Shown piece after piece: positions 14,827 through 25,110 of a stretch of DNA of 64,000 nucleotides (position 1 is the stretch's first letter; every line of letters starts with the position of its first letter). Origin of the DNA: Gemmatimonadales bacterium (lineage in GTDB: Bacteria; Gemmatimonadota; Gemmatimonadetes; Gemmatimonadales; GWC2-71-9). The DNA lies in the NCBI GenBank assembly GCA_965249575.1, contig OZ252244.1, positions 2,688,001-2,752,000 of the forward strand, in the 5' to 3' direction. The notes under the pieces are model-generated. The model was not told the origin of the DNA and searched no databases. It saw nothing but the letters and a program-made list of their open reading frames with translations. Both the position numbers and the translations under genes were made by a program.

Positions 14827-17800
14827 AGGGTCTCCTGTTCCAAGGTCTCGAGCCGGAGCTCGAGGGCGCGCGTCCGCTGGCGGGCTAGGTAACCCTCCTG
14901 CAGGACAAGGTCCAAGGTGAACTTGCCGAGCGCGCCGAGCGCGATGAAGTGGTGGCCGTCGGCGTTGTAGGTGACGACGCCGGAGGCCTCGAGGATCGGC
15001 CGCGCGTACTCGGCGAAGCGCCAGAACCGCTCCCGGTAGGCGTGGCCCGGCGGGAGGAGCGAGGCCCGGAAGCCGCGTGCCAGTGCGAGATCGTCGTGCT
15101 CGTCCCAGACGCTCGTGTTGTAGTTGGCGCCGTCGATGTGCACCTCGCCGTCCGAGCCCACGAGCAAGCGCGTGGAGTTCCCGCCCATCGTCACGCCGAA
15201 GATGTTCGCGCCCGAGTCGAGGTTCGCCAGGGTCGTCCCGATCTTCCTCTCGCCGTGGACCATGACGGCCGCCTTCGCGCTCGCCGATTTCGTCGTCGTT
15301 TGGGAGCCGGCGAAGCCTGCGATCTCGGTCCCGACGACCATCCCCGACTCGCTGAACCCGGCGATCTGGAGCCCGCCTGAGACGCTGGAAAACTTGCGAA
15401 ACCGGGCGTAGGCATCGGTTGGGATGATGCTCGTGATCCCGTGCGCGACGTCGCTTGATATGAGACGGAGGATGTCCCCGTCCTGGCCGCCCTGGTCGAG
15501 CTTGAGGAGCGGGCTCGCCTGGCCGACGATCGTGACGGCATCGCCGAACCGGACCTTCCCGAGGTTGGTGTAGATCGCCCACGTGTTCGTGCCCACCGCA
15601 CGGTCGGGGATGTAGAGGCCGTAGCTGTTCGTGAGCGCACCGGCCGGCAAGCTCGGATCGGAGAGAAAGGCGCCGTAGTAATTCGTGACGGTCCCGCTGC
15701 CCGAGAGGTCGGCGTCGACAAAGAACGCCGTGTAGTCGAGGCCGGTGAACCCCCCCTTCGCGAGCTCGGTGTCGACCCGCGCGGCGATGTGGTTGATCTG
15801 GTCGTTCGCCGTCGCGGTGAGCTTCCCCTCGATCGAGAGCTGGCGGAACCCGTTCCCCGAATGGTTCGATCCGATCTTCAGCGAGACCCCGGTCGTGGGA
15901 CTGACCGCATCGCCGAGCGCCACACGGGTCGCCGTGAAGCGCTCGGCCGCGATGATCGCGCCGGTGACGATCGTATTCCCGTCTTCCCGCGAGAGCGCGG
16001 ATATGTCGCCCGAGAACGTCCACTCCTTGATCTCCGAGTCCCAGACGCCGACGCCGACGTCGCCGACCAGGTGGGGGTGATTCGTGTCCCGCGCCTGGAC
16101 CTGCATCGTCACGGTGTCGAGTGGATCGACCGGGAAGGTGACGTTATTCTCGGGGCTCGTGAGCCAGCTCGACCAGGCGACGAAGTCGGCGTCGTTCACC
16201 TTCGCCCGGTAGCGGACCTGGAGCGTCCCTGTCCCGCCGTTCCCGCGCGTCGCCGTGATGTCGACCTGGAAGAGGCTCGAGCCCCACGAGTCGAAGGAAA
16301 TGTCGACGGTCGGCGCGGTGTCGAGGATCGCGCCGGCCCCGACGTGTTCCGCCTTGGAGAGGATGGTCGACTCGGCGCCGGTCCCATCGGCGTTCTCGTA
16401 GGCGAGCGCCGTGATAAAAGCCGTCTGGCCGGTGTGGATCGTCGCGAGCGTTCCCGTCAGCGCCGACGCGCCGGCCGTGGCGACGCGCGCCGCCACCTGG
16501 GTCGTCGCCAGGGACGGGAAGGCGGAGTTCGAGCCGGCCACCCGGACGGAGAGCGCGTCCCGGACGGTGACGATCGCCGACACGTTCCCGGCGATGTCGT
16601 TCTCCGGGACGATCGAGACGACCTCCGGGAGGGCGAAGCCGAGCCGGGTTAGTGCCGTCGAGCCGGACAGGAGGTTCGAATAGGTGGGGATCCAGACAAG
16701 GAACCGGCGCGCCCACGGGTCGCGGATCCCGGCGACGATGCCGAACGCCCAGACGACGCCCCGGATCGCGCGCACCTGGATCGGATCTTTCGCGACGAAG
16801 AGATCGGTCTCGACCGCGATCGGGTCGCCCAGCTCGAGCTCCGGGTGGGCGTACGTCGTCTGGAACTCCCAGAGGAGCAGCCCCGGGCCGAACGAGTCCA
16901 CCTGGCGCTGGGCGACCGTCTTGGCGAGCGCCAGGGTCGGGATGTACCGCTCGACTTCCTCGTCAACCTCGTGCGGGTCGATCCGGTTGTCGCCGAGCGC
17001 GGTGATCGCCGGCCCGTGGAACCCGCGGGCCTCGAGCTTGAAGTCGCGCCGCTCCTCGTCGTAACCGTAATTGACGCGGACGTCCGGCAGCCGGGCACGG
17101 TAGCCGCTCGAGACGTTGAGCGCGTGGAGTTCCTCCTTCGGGAAGACGCGCACGACGGGCGCGTCCGAGCCGTGCACCTTGATCGCCTTGATCTGGGCCT
17201 GGGAGTCGATATTGACCGAGCCATCGATAAAGGCGACGGCGTCGAGCTCAACCTTTCCGTCAGAGTCCCGGATGATCTTTGTGAGGAGCGTCGCGTCGTC
17301 CGTGGGCCGCGGGCCGGCGTACCGGGCCGCGACGCCAAGGCGGCCGTCGAAGAGGTCGTCGTAGGTCGTCTTGAGGCCGCTGTTCTCATACTCGATCGCC
17401 GTCACGGTCGTCCCGAAGAAGACCGGGAGCCTCTTCTTCAGGAGCGAGAGCGGGCTGACGCAGTGCAGGACGTAGGCCCCGGGGATGTGACTCACGTCGT
17501 CGATCGTGAACGTGTTCATGTGGAGCCACTCCTCGCGCGCGAGCGAGGCGTGGCCGACGAGGACCCGGATCTTGAGCTTCGCCAGATCCGTCACGACGAG
17601 AACGTCGGCGAACGGATCCGTGTAGTCGCCAGGCTCGCCGCCCCGGAGGACGACGATCTGGGCCTCGGTGATCCGCTGCTTCAGACTGACGACGTCGAAC
17701 TCGGCGCCCATGTCCCGGACGTCGGCAATGTCCGAAATGTCGGTGATCGTCGTATCGCGGATTCCCAGCTCCCGGAGGATGGGCGCGACGTCGGCGGCCG

Positions 17801-18884
17801 CGTTCGGCGTGAAGACGACCTGGAGCTTCCGGGTCTTGGTCGGGGTCAGCCCGAGGTCCCCGTTCATGAGTTGGCCATCGGTGAAGTTCACCCACCCGGT
17901 ATTCGCGTCGTTCCGGACCTGGCCCTGGAGCGTCGACCCGCCGGGCCGGTCGCCGGTCAAGACTAGTTCGACGTCGCCGCCGACCGGCGCGGCGCCGAGG
18001 TCGAACTGGTTCCCGTCCACGTTGAACTCGAGCGTCCGGGTGACATAGGTCTTGGTCTTCCACTCGCAGTGGGGAACGCCGGACACATTACCTAAGTCGT
18101 CGTAGACGTTGGTCGAGCCATCGGTCGACGACAGCTTGGCGAGCTTCCGCTGGGAGAGCGTGTTCCCGTTCGTGACTTTCGACGTCCCCTCAGCATTGTC
18201 GACGAGCATCGCGACGTTCGTCGCCGGGTCGCCCTCGGCGTCAATCGCCCAGATGAAAACGTAGGTCCGAGGATTCGCCGCGCTCGCGCCGCTCGCGTCG
18301 GTGGACGGGCGGTAGGCCTTGGGCGTCGGCTTGAAGCTCGATTGGGCGAATTGGAACGAGACGTCCGCCGCCGACGGGCCGGCCGTCACCTCGATCGCCT
18401 GGGTGAGCGCGATGAGCGTGAGCCGCGGGAGGATGAGCGTCGTATCGGGGAACCCGAACCGCCCCTTCGCCACCGTCTGCTCGTTGGCGAGGGCGTAGAA
18501 CTGCGCGACCCACTTGTCGACGTTCTTCCCGCTCTCCCCGTCCGCATCGGAGTCGAGCCGAACGGTCAGCTCGTAGAGCGGGACGTCCGGGGAGTGGGTT
18601 CCATTCCATTGGAGTTGAATGACGAACCGCGGGTCGAGCTGGTCGAGGTCGGTAAGCGTGCTGTTGCTCGCCGCGTGGACAGCGAGCGTGCCGTTCGTCC
18701 CGATGTTCCTGACGCCGCCGTCGTCGAAGATCGTGAACAGGCCCCCGTGTGTGGTCGCCTCCTCCCACTGCTCCTTCCGCCGCCGGATATGGGCCGCCTC
18801 CTCCTTGTCGACCTCGACGAACATCCGCGCGTCGGGGTCGACACACTGGATATGAGAGCGGAGGTCGGGCGTGATCGGGCGCAT
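14757..18884 (-). CDS. Large tail tip / central fibre protein (1375 aa)
   Basis: Lies after the tape measure and distal tail genes; beta-rich Gly/Thr/Ser C-terminal fibre-like region with a coiled-coil end. Confidence 0.8.
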   Translation of the reverse strand: MRPITPDLRSHIQCVDPDARMFVEVDKEEAAHIRRRKEQWEEATTHGGLFTIFDDGGVRNIGTNGTLAVHAASNSTLTDLDQLDPRFVIQLQWNGTHSPDVPLYELTVRLDSDADGESGKNVDKWVAQFYALANEQTVAKGRFGFPDTTLILPRLTLIALTQAIEVTAGPSAADVSFQFAQSSFKPTPKAYRPSTDASGASAANPRTYVFIWAIDAEGDPATNVAMLVDNAEGTSKVTNGNTLSQRKLAKLSSTDGSTNVYDDLGNVSGVPHCEWKTKTYVTRTLEFNVDGNQFDLGAAPVGGDVELVLTGDRPGGSTLQGQVRNDANTGWVNFTDGQLMNGDLGLTPTKTRKLQVVFTPNAAADVAPILRELGIRDTTITDISDIADVRDMGAEFDVVSLKQRITEAQIVVLRGGEPGDYTDPFADVLVVTDLAKLKIRVLVGHASLAREEWLHMNTFTIDDVSHIPGAYVLHCVSPLSLLKKRLPVFFGTTVTAIEYENSGLKTTYDDLFDGRLGVAARYAGPRPTDDATLLTKIIRDSDGKVELDAVAFIDGSVNIDSQAQIKAIKVHGSDAPVVRVFPKEELHALNVSSGYRARLPDVRVNYGYDEERRDFKLEARGFHGPAITALGDNRIDPHEVDEEVERYIPTLALAKTVAQRQVDSFGPGLLLWEFQTTYAHPELELGDPIAVETDLFVAKDPIQVRAIRGVVWAFGIVAGIRDPWARRFLVWIPTYSNLLSGSTALTRLGFALPEVVSIVPENDIAGNVSAIVTVRDALSVRVAGSNSAFPSLATTQVAARVATAGASALTGTLATIHTGQTAFITALAYENADGTGAESTILSKAEHVGAGAILDTAPTVDISFDSWGSSLFQVDITATRGNGGTGTLQVRYRAKVNDADFVAWSSWLTSPENNVTFPVDPLDTVTMQVQARDTNHPHLVGDVGVGVWDSEIKEWTFSGDISALSREDGNTIVTGAIIAAERFTATRVALGDAVSPTTGVSLKIGSNHSGNGFRQLSIEGKLTATANDQINHIAARVDTELAKGGFTGLDYTAFFVDADLSGSGTVTNYYGAFLSDPSLPAGALTNSYGLYIPDRAVGTNTWAIYTNLGKVRFGDAVTIVGQASPLLKLDQGGQDGDILRLISSDVAHGITSIIPTDAYARFRKFSSVSGGLQIAGFSESGMVVGTEIAGFAGSQTTTKSASAKAAVMVHGERKIGTTLANLDSGANIFGVTMGGNSTRLLVGSDGEVHIDGANYNTSVWDEHDDLALARGFRASLLPPGHAYRERFWRFAEYARPILEASGVVTYNADGHHFIALGALGKFTLDLVLQEGYLARQRTRALELRLETLEQETLWQTLRRRLRARSSASLPMSSAV

Positions 18885-18887
18885 GGC

Positions 18888-19724
18888 CTACGGCCAGGCT
18901 GGCTCGTGCTCGAGCCAGGGGATGTCGGCGCGGCGGAACCCGTAGCCGACGGGGAACCGGAAGTCGACGGCGCCGCCGGTCGGGAGGATCCCGAGGAGCG
19001 TCCGCTCGGCCTTCTCGTCGTTATGACACATGACCATGGGCCGGCCGGCGCCGAAGAGGTCCTGGGCGTTCTCCTTCGCGGCCGTGTAGGCGGCGAGCGA
19101 TTTCAGCCGGATAATGAGCGTCCCCTCCCGCCGTTGCGGCGCCATGTTCCGGCCGACGTAGCCACTCGGGAGCTCGATCTGCTCGCCTCGGAGGACATGG
19201 CGCTCGTCCTGGAGCGGAAGCGCGAGATGGCCCGGCTCCCAGGCCGGCCCGAGGTACAGCTCGGGGATGCTCGGCTTGAGCCCCGCCCCCATGGCCGGGA
19301 TCCGGAGCCGCCAGTAGCGGAACGATTGCGTCGCCCACCGCCGGAAGAACGCACCCTCCCAGGTCTTGATCCCGTCGTCGACGTCCGAGTCGGCGACGAC
19401 CGTCGACGGGAGCGCCATCGTGAAGAGGTCGGTATCGCTTGAGAAGTCGTTCGTCGACCCCTCGACGAAGATCGTCTTCCCGTCGAGGTTGTGGCCCCGC
19501 CCGATGAAGACCTCGGTCGCGTCCTTCGCCGTGGCGCAATCGACCTTGAGCGTATACTCGACATTCGTCGTCGTGCCCGTCCACTTCGAGAGCGCCACCG
19601 TGCGGCGGCCGTCGGCGACGTGCCACCACTCGGCGCCGGCCGCCTCCTGGCTCGGCGTCATGACGTGGCCGGGATAGAGGCGCGGGTTGAAGTAATTGTT
19701 CACGAGGAACGTCGGGGCGCTCAC
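18888..19724 (-). CDS. Distal tail-like structural protein
   Basis: Position in the operon; beta-rich with an FRYWRLRI discoidin-like strand. Confidence 0.6.
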   Translation of the reverse strand: MSAPTFLVNNYFNPRLYPGHVMTPSQEAAGAEWWHVADGRRTVALSKWTGTTTNVEYTLKVDCATAKDATEVFIGRGHNLDGKTIFVEGSTNDFSSDTDLFTMALPSTVVADSDVDDGIKTWEGAFFRRWATQSFRYWRLRIPAMGAGLKPSIPELYLGPAWEPGHLALPLQDERHVLRGEQIELPSGYVGRNMAPQRREGTLIIRLKSLAAYTAAKENAQDLFGAGRPMVMCHNDEKAERTLLGILPTGGAVDFRFPVGYGFRRADIPWLEHEPAWP

Positions 19725-20056
19725 GGCTTCAGTTCCTCCCGGATCGTCGCGAGCCGGCCGGCGACGAGCTTCCCGAACCGCTCAGTCCGGGCCTGATCGG
19801 TCGCGACCAGCTCCTTGAGCTTCTCGATCGCGGCGTCCGCCAGGTCGACCGCGGTCCGGATCCGATCGATCCGGGCGCCCTCGAGCTGCATCGCCGCCGC
19901 GATCTCCCCGAGCGCGGCGTCGAGCTGCGCCGGCCGTTCCGTCAGGCGGCGCTGGAGGTCGAGGATCTTCTCGTCCGCTTTCTGCAATGCGCCCTTGAGC
20001 TGGTCGATCTCGATCGACAGGGCCGTCTCGTCGTCAAGGATGTCGTCGTGTGCCAT
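19721..20056 (-). CDS. Coiled-coil phage protein
   Basis: Heptad pattern; GGGAGAGG RBS. Confidence 0.65.
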   Translation of the reverse strand: MAHDDILDDETALSIEIDQLKGALQKADEKILDLQRRLTERPAQLDAALGEIAAAMQLEGARIDRIRTAVDLADAAIEKLKELVATDQARTERFGKLVAGRLATIREELKP

Positions 20057-20124
20057 CGGTGCCCCCTCTCCCTGTAGCTACCTATCGTTACCTGTCGTTA
20101 CCCATCGCTCCCTATGGCTCCCCA

Positions 20125-21942
20125 TCACCCGCGCGCCGTCCCGCCCGTCGAGCCGAGGACGCCCCCGAATTGCGCGCGCGGGATCCGATTGATCCCGTCG
20201 AGATTCTCGAATCGCTTGAGGAGATATTCGGTCTGGCGGAGGACCTCGCCGGTCTCCGGGACCTCGATGATGTTGACGATCTTCAGCGGGAACGCTTCGA
20301 CCGCTTCGGGCTTGACGCGCACCAGCTCGACCGGGACGGGCTTGTTGTTCCGGCCGATCACGGCGCCGAGGATCCCGCCGACGGCGCCGGCGAGGGCGCC
20401 GAAGGGCTTGGGGAGGAGCGCGGTGGCCATCCGAGTGATGGTCCCGATGAACGCCTGCGCCGGCGACTCGAAGTTGATCAGGGCCTCGGCGACCGCGCCG
20501 ACCCCCGAGATGGCAATCGTCGAGCCGAGCTCGAGCCGCTTGGCGGCCCGGTCCTGCGCCCTGGCCGCCCGTTGCGTGATTTCGATGTGGTTCTGCGCCT
20601 TGGCAGTGAACAGCGCCGTGGCCTGTGCCGCCTTGGTAATGGTCGTGGGCGCGTCGCGGGTACCGGTCCCAGGGCCAGCGCCGACCACCCCGGGCGAGCG
20701 GCCCTGCTCCTTGAGGGTGCGCGGATCCCCGAACCCGAGGTCGATCCCCCACTGCTCGCCGGCGGTCAGCGCCCGGCCAGGACCGAACAGCCCACCACTG
20801 GGCCCGAGGCTGACCTCCAGTGGCTCGAGTTGTGTCGCACTCCGGAGCCGCTCCGGCGTTGGCGCCCCGGCACCCCGGGGTTGGGGTCGCACACCAGCAG
20901 CAGCCTGCGTCCGGAGGAGGGTCTGCCCGGCGGTGAGGTTCGCCTGTTGCCTCGCCTTCGACGCCTCGACATCGACCCCGATCCCGAGCTTCTCGAACGC
21001 GCCGGCCACCGTCCCGACGAGTGGGAGACTCCGCACGGCAGCGTCGAGCTCCTCGAGACCCGCAATGAACGCCAGGTTGAAGGCCGAGACGGCGATCACG
21101 CCGAGCGCCTTGAACGCCTCAGCGAACCCAGCACCCTCAATGGCCAGCACGAAGTTCTTCACCGTGGTGGCGAGGCCGTCGAAGAACGCACCCAGCTTCT
21201 CGGACTGCGCGAGGATGGCGGCGATCTCGTCCTTGGTGTTCAGGAAGGCGACGCCTAGGCGAGTCGCCTTATCGCCCGTGTTCTCGGTCGACTCGCCGAG
21301 CTCGGCGATCGCACGGTCTGCGGCCTCGAAGGCCGCGTTCGTGAACGCCGTCCGCTTCTCAAGCTCCGTCAGGTCGGCGACGTTCTTGTTGTTGGCCTTG
21401 GCATAGGCTCGATTCGCCTGCTCGACTTTGACGATGATCCCCAGGTTGTCGAGTAAGAGCCGGCTCTGTCGGCCGATCCCGAGGGAAAGGCTCTCAAGCG
21501 CAAGCGCGGCGTCGACGCCGAGCGCCGCGCCCAGCGTGATCGCCGTCCGCGTGAGCTTCCCGAATTCCTCGACGTTCCGGGCGGACCCAAGGGTGAGCGC
21601 CCGATTCAGCCCGGCCATGAGATCGTAGTCGGAGATGAGTCCTTGCGACGCAACCCGGAGGGCACGGAGCGCCTTCGTGGCGTTGCCCGTCTGCTGGCTG
21701 AAGGCGCGCGTGACATTCAGGACCTCGCTGCCACGCTTTGCCCACCGCTGCAGCGCGACGACACCAGCCACGGCGGCCGCCGTGAGGAGAGTGACGTTCC
21801 GCGCCATCGTCCGGAACGCCCGTCCAACGTTCGCGGCCGAGCGGGTGATCCGCTGGAAGGTCCGGCCGAGCGCCTTCAGGCCACGGGTGGCGGTGTCCCG
21901 CAGTCGGACGACGACGTTGACATGCCGGGTCTCGTCAGCCAT
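20125..21942 (-). CDS. Tail tape measure protein (605 aa)
   Basis: VNVVVRLRDTAT N-terminus; Ala-rich helices; GIGRQSRLLLDNLGI motif. Confidence 0.85.
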   Translation of the reverse strand: MADETRHVNVVVRLRDTATRGLKALGRTFQRITRSAANVGRAFRTMARNVTLLTAAAVAGVVALQRWAKRGSEVLNVTRAFSQQTGNATKALRALRVASQGLISDYDLMAGLNRALTLGSARNVEEFGKLTRTAITLGAALGVDAALALESLSLGIGRQSRLLLDNLGIIVKVEQANRAYAKANNKNVADLTELEKRTAFTNAAFEAADRAIAELGESTENTGDKATRLGVAFLNTKDEIAAILAQSEKLGAFFDGLATTVKNFVLAIEGAGFAEAFKALGVIAVSAFNLAFIAGLEELDAAVRSLPLVGTVAGAFEKLGIGVDVEASKARQQANLTAGQTLLRTQAAAGVRPQPRGAGAPTPERLRSATQLEPLEVSLGPSGGLFGPGRALTAGEQWGIDLGFGDPRTLKEQGRSPGVVGAGPGTGTRDAPTTITKAAQATALFTAKAQNHIEITQRAARAQDRAAKRLELGSTIAISGVGAVAEALINFESPAQAFIGTITRMATALLPKPFGALAGAVGGILGAVIGRNNKPVPVELVRVKPEAVEAFPLKIVNIIEVPETGEVLRQTEYLLKRFENLDGINRIPRAQFGGVLGSTGGTARG

Positions 21943-22689
21943 CGGGATACGCCAGCCGTCTCATGCGGTCACCCGCCTCGCGGAGGGCCCCACTCGATTT
22001 GAACGCCGTTGCCGCACCCCAGGCCGTGCCCTGCATGACGCCGAACAGCCGCCGCGCCTCATACTGCCCGGCGTTGAGGGCACCCGCATAGAAGAGATTC
22101 CAGGGCATCGCCGGATCTGGGAACCCACCATAGGCCGCGGCGAAGTCGCGCATCAGGGCATCGAGGCGGAGGGCGCGGCGTCGTCGAGGGCGGCCTGCAG
22201 CTCGCGCTCCGCCATCGCGGGGTCGGGTTCGTCGTCGGGTACTTGTGGGTGTCGTGTCGGCGCCGGCGGTTCCTGCGCTCTCGCTCCCGCCGCCGGCGGC
22301 CAAGAGCGGGCCGAAAAATACTGGTCGAGGACGTCGAAGAACTCCTCCATCGTCACCCGGTCGCATTCCGCCACGAGCCCAACGGCCGCCGGGAACGTGC
22401 GGACGAGTTCGTACTTCGCCTCTCGGTTCCCGCCCACGTGCGCCTCATAGAGCCGCAGGAAGGGCATGGCCGCACGCAGCGGGAGCATCTGCGTGTGGAG
22501 GCGCAGCCCCCCAGGGAAGGTGAGCTCAATCCCATCCAGGGCTGCGAGCGTCACGTCGCTGTCGCTCGCCTCAAGGGCGGGGTCGGGCGGCAAGAAGGCC
22601 GCGCGGCGGCGGCGGCGGCGAGCCCACAGCAGCCAGAGCACAAGGAGCAGCACCACGACGAATCCGACGCCAACGAGAAATCCTGCCAT
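21935..22689 (-). CDS. Tail assembly chaperone pair G (22689-22153) and GT (-1 frame to 21935)
   Basis: Two overlapping ORFs directly before the tape measure gene; T-run TATTTTTC at 22320-22313 lies within the open -1 frame. Confidence 0.6.
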
Positions 22690-22700
22690 GAGCACCTCCT

Positions 22701-23249
22701 CTACAAGCCAAGCCGGGCCGTGAGGGTTGCCCGGATCGCGCCCGCCGGCACGCCCAGGATCCACAGTGCCAGCGGTTCGACGAGCAGGTCTCGACGCTGA
22801 CTCGGATTGGCGAAGCCGAACATGGCGCGTCGGGGCAATCGGCTGCGGGACCGACGCGACAGGTGAAACACGAGCGGGGCCCACGCCGAGCCCCACCGGA
22901 GGAAGCTCCCCGTGATCTCGCGGATATGATCTTGACCGCCACGGCGGAATGATTTCCGACCACGACCGGTCCAAAGCATCGGTGGTCCGCTGGAGCTCGC
23001 GCCGGAGGGAGACCGCGCGTAATAGCCGCGGCGCGCCGTACGTGCGCGGATCGTGGATGGTGCCAGGGCAGGCCACGGCTCGTTGATGGAGGCGCCCTGG
23101 GTCTCGTGGATCTTCCCAGCGTGCCCCTCAAGCAGGTCGGCCATGATCTCGAAGGCCGGCTGCGGCCTCCTGATCCGATGCTCAAGACCGTTCAGGCGGG
23201 TCGTGATGTCCTTGATGCCCGTCACGTTGATATGAAGCGCAAATGACAC
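22701..23249 (-). CDS. Virion morphogenesis / neck protein (Mu gpG-like)
   Basis: WPALAPSTI..R, L..TGR and LPRRAMFG motifs. Confidence 0.75.
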   Translation of the reverse strand: MSFALHINVTGIKDITTRLNGLEHRIRRPQPAFEIMADLLEGHAGKIHETQGASINEPWPALAPSTIRARTARRGYYARSPSGASSSGPPMLWTGRGRKSFRRGGQDHIREITGSFLRWGSAWAPLVFHLSRRSRSRLPRRAMFGFANPSQRRDLLVEPLALWILGVPAGAIRATLTARLGL

Positions 23250-23331
23250 CCGGGGCCTCCGGGGTGAAGGTCTACCATGGCGGATGATCTCGAAGGCCGG
23301 CTGCGGCCTCCTGATCCGATGCTCAAGACCG
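23143..23331. repeat. Perfect 48-bp direct repeat (23143-23190 and 23284-23331)
   Basis: atgatctcgaaggccggctgcggcctcctgatccgatgctcaagaccg occurs twice. Confidence 0.95.
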
Positions 23332-23365
23332 CCCCTGCAGCGAGCGACAGCGGGCTCGCTGGTCT

Positions 23366-24319
23366 CTAGGTAAAGCGCAAGATCAGGTCTCGCAGCACGT
23401 AGTTCAGGTCGTAGGCCGTGAAGCCCTCGTTGACCGCGTGCTCGGGGTCACGCGGGATCGTGTTCGTGTTGACGATGCTCACCTTGTTGTACTGGGTGCC
23501 GCCCAATGTCCCGGCGATGGCGCGGCTCGTTGGGGTCGCCGCGTCGCTCCACGGATCGAGTGTCGCGAGCGCGACGGTGCGTGCCGAGAGCCCGAAGATG
23601 GGCTCGAACATATCGATCGCATACTCATCAATGCCGTCGGACGCGTTGCCGCTCGTCAGCTCCTGGACTCGAGCCCCGAGGTTGAGCTCCGCAGCGTACA
23701 CGCGAAGCGATACGCCACCCACCGTGAGCGCCAGACCCGTGGCTGGCGGCGGGACCGTCGCCTGCATGGTGATGCCGGGCAGCGCGAGCTCGGTGATGCT
23801 GGTGACGATCCCCTGCATGACGAAGCGCCAGATGTTCGGCTGGCCGACGTCGAGGGGCCACGTGAACGTGCCGCGGCAGCCGGAGACCTTATAGAGTTTG
23901 CTCGCCGAGTACGCCCAGATCGTGCACGAGGTGTGGGCCGCGGAGCTCGGCGTATACTCGACCTTCTCCGAGCCACCGGTTGTGTCGACCGTCTCCGCCG
24001 TCCCACAGGAGGTGATCAGGGGGCCGGCTTCTGGCTTGCCCGCCCGAGTATCGGCGTAGGCGGACCCAACGCCCCGCACGCGCCAGGGCAGCGTGATGGT
24101 CGCCACGCGACCGGCCTTCGCCGCGCCGGCGAGCGAGTTGAAGAGCGAGCCCGTGGCATCGTCCCGCAACTCGTTCTCCCAGATGTGGCGCGTCTGGATG
24201 AGCCCGTGCAGCGGCTCGACGGAGCGGACGCCATCGGCAACGACCGTCGGGGTGGGATCCGTCCCGTAGGTGCTCTCCTCTTTGGCGAGGAGCCCCATCA
24301 GCCGTTCAGAGGTCGCCAT
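23366..24319 (-). CDS. Major tail tube protein
   Basis: LLAKEESTYGTDPTP N-terminus; GCRGTF; size and position. Confidence 0.8.
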   Translation of the reverse strand: MATSERLMGLLAKEESTYGTDPTPTVVADGVRSVEPLHGLIQTRHIWENELRDDATGSLFNSLAGAAKAGRVATITLPWRVRGVGSAYADTRAGKPEAGPLITSCGTAETVDTTGGSEKVEYTPSSAAHTSCTIWAYSASKLYKVSGCRGTFTWPLDVGQPNIWRFVMQGIVTSITELALPGITMQATVPPPATGLALTVGGVSLRVYAAELNLGARVQELTSGNASDGIDEYAIDMFEPIFGLSARTVALATLDPWSDAATPTSRAIAGTLGGTQYNKVSIVNTNTIPRDPEHAVNEGFTAYDLNYVLRDLILRFT

Positions 24320-24322
24320 CGA

Positions 24323-24604
24323 TCAGCTCGTCGGCGGGGTCCACCCGCAGACCGCGTCGGTGTCGAGATCGATCTGTGGGCAACAGAGCGGGCCCTTCCC
24401 GTCGTTCGCGTATTGGAGGATGGCCCCATGCGTGGGGCAGCGAATGGCGTCGCCGGTCGAGCGCACGCGCTTGGGACTCGGAGGCGGCGCGTCCTTGTCC
24501 TTCTCGCTCTTCGTGCCCTGCCGGGTCCCCACGTAGGTGCCCCCGAGCACGGCGGCGGGTGCGGTCTCCCGTGGAGGCATCTTAGGCGTCGTCGACTTGG
24601 GCAT
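24323..24604 (-). CDS. Small Cys-rich phage protein
   Basis: CPTHG...CCPQ...CGW; coupled to its neighbours. Confidence 0.55.
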   Translation of the reverse strand: MPKSTTPKMPPRETAPAAVLGGTYVGTRQGTKSEKDKDAPPPSPKRVRSTGDAIRCPTHGAILQYANDGKGPLCCPQIDLDTDAVCGWTPPTS

Positions 24605-25110
24605 CAGCTCAACCCCGAATCCTCTTCGTTGACCGGCACAGTGACGCGGACGCGAGTGAGGGGCGAGGAGACTTCCTCCATCCCCCCATAGTCGAGCCGC
24701 ACCCCCACACTCCCGCGCAGCTCGCCCGCGCCGAGGACGCCGCCACTCTGGTCTTCGCCCATCCGGTCGACCGTGCGCATGATCGCCTCGGCCGCGAGCT
24801 CCCCCTGCAGCACGACGAGCTCGGCCGCGTCCTGCTCATCCTGGCGCCAGGCGAGCCAGTCGAAGACGAGCGAGACGAGGGATTCCCGGAGATCGGCTCG
24901 TCGTGCTGACGTCGTGGCGATGACCCCGTAGATCCCACAGCCGGGATGGCCATCCAGGTCGCGAAAGAAGAGCTCAGCTGTCCGGCGCTTGAAGACGGTG
25001 AGGTTCGGATCGAGATTCGCGATTGACTTCGCGAGGGCGAGGGCCTCGAAGTCATCGCGGTAGTTCGCATCCAAGACGGTGGCGGCACGCTCGATGGCAG
25101 CATAGAACAC
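24604..25110 (-). CDS. Tail completion/terminator-position protein
   Basis: Synteny only. Confidence 0.55.
   Translation of the reverse strand: MFYAAIERAATVLDANYRDDFEALALAKSIANLDPNLTVFKRRTAELFFRDLDGHPGCGIYGVIATTSARRADLRESLVSLVFDWLAWRQDEQDAAELVVLQGELAAEAIMRTVDRMGEDQSGGVLGAGELRGSVGVRLDYGGMEEVSSPLTRVRVTVPVNEEDSGLS

Noticed and set aside
23143..23331. Diversity-generating retroelement TR/VR pair
   Set aside because: The two copies are identical with no adenine-specific mismatches, only 48 bp long, and no reverse transcriptase is present.
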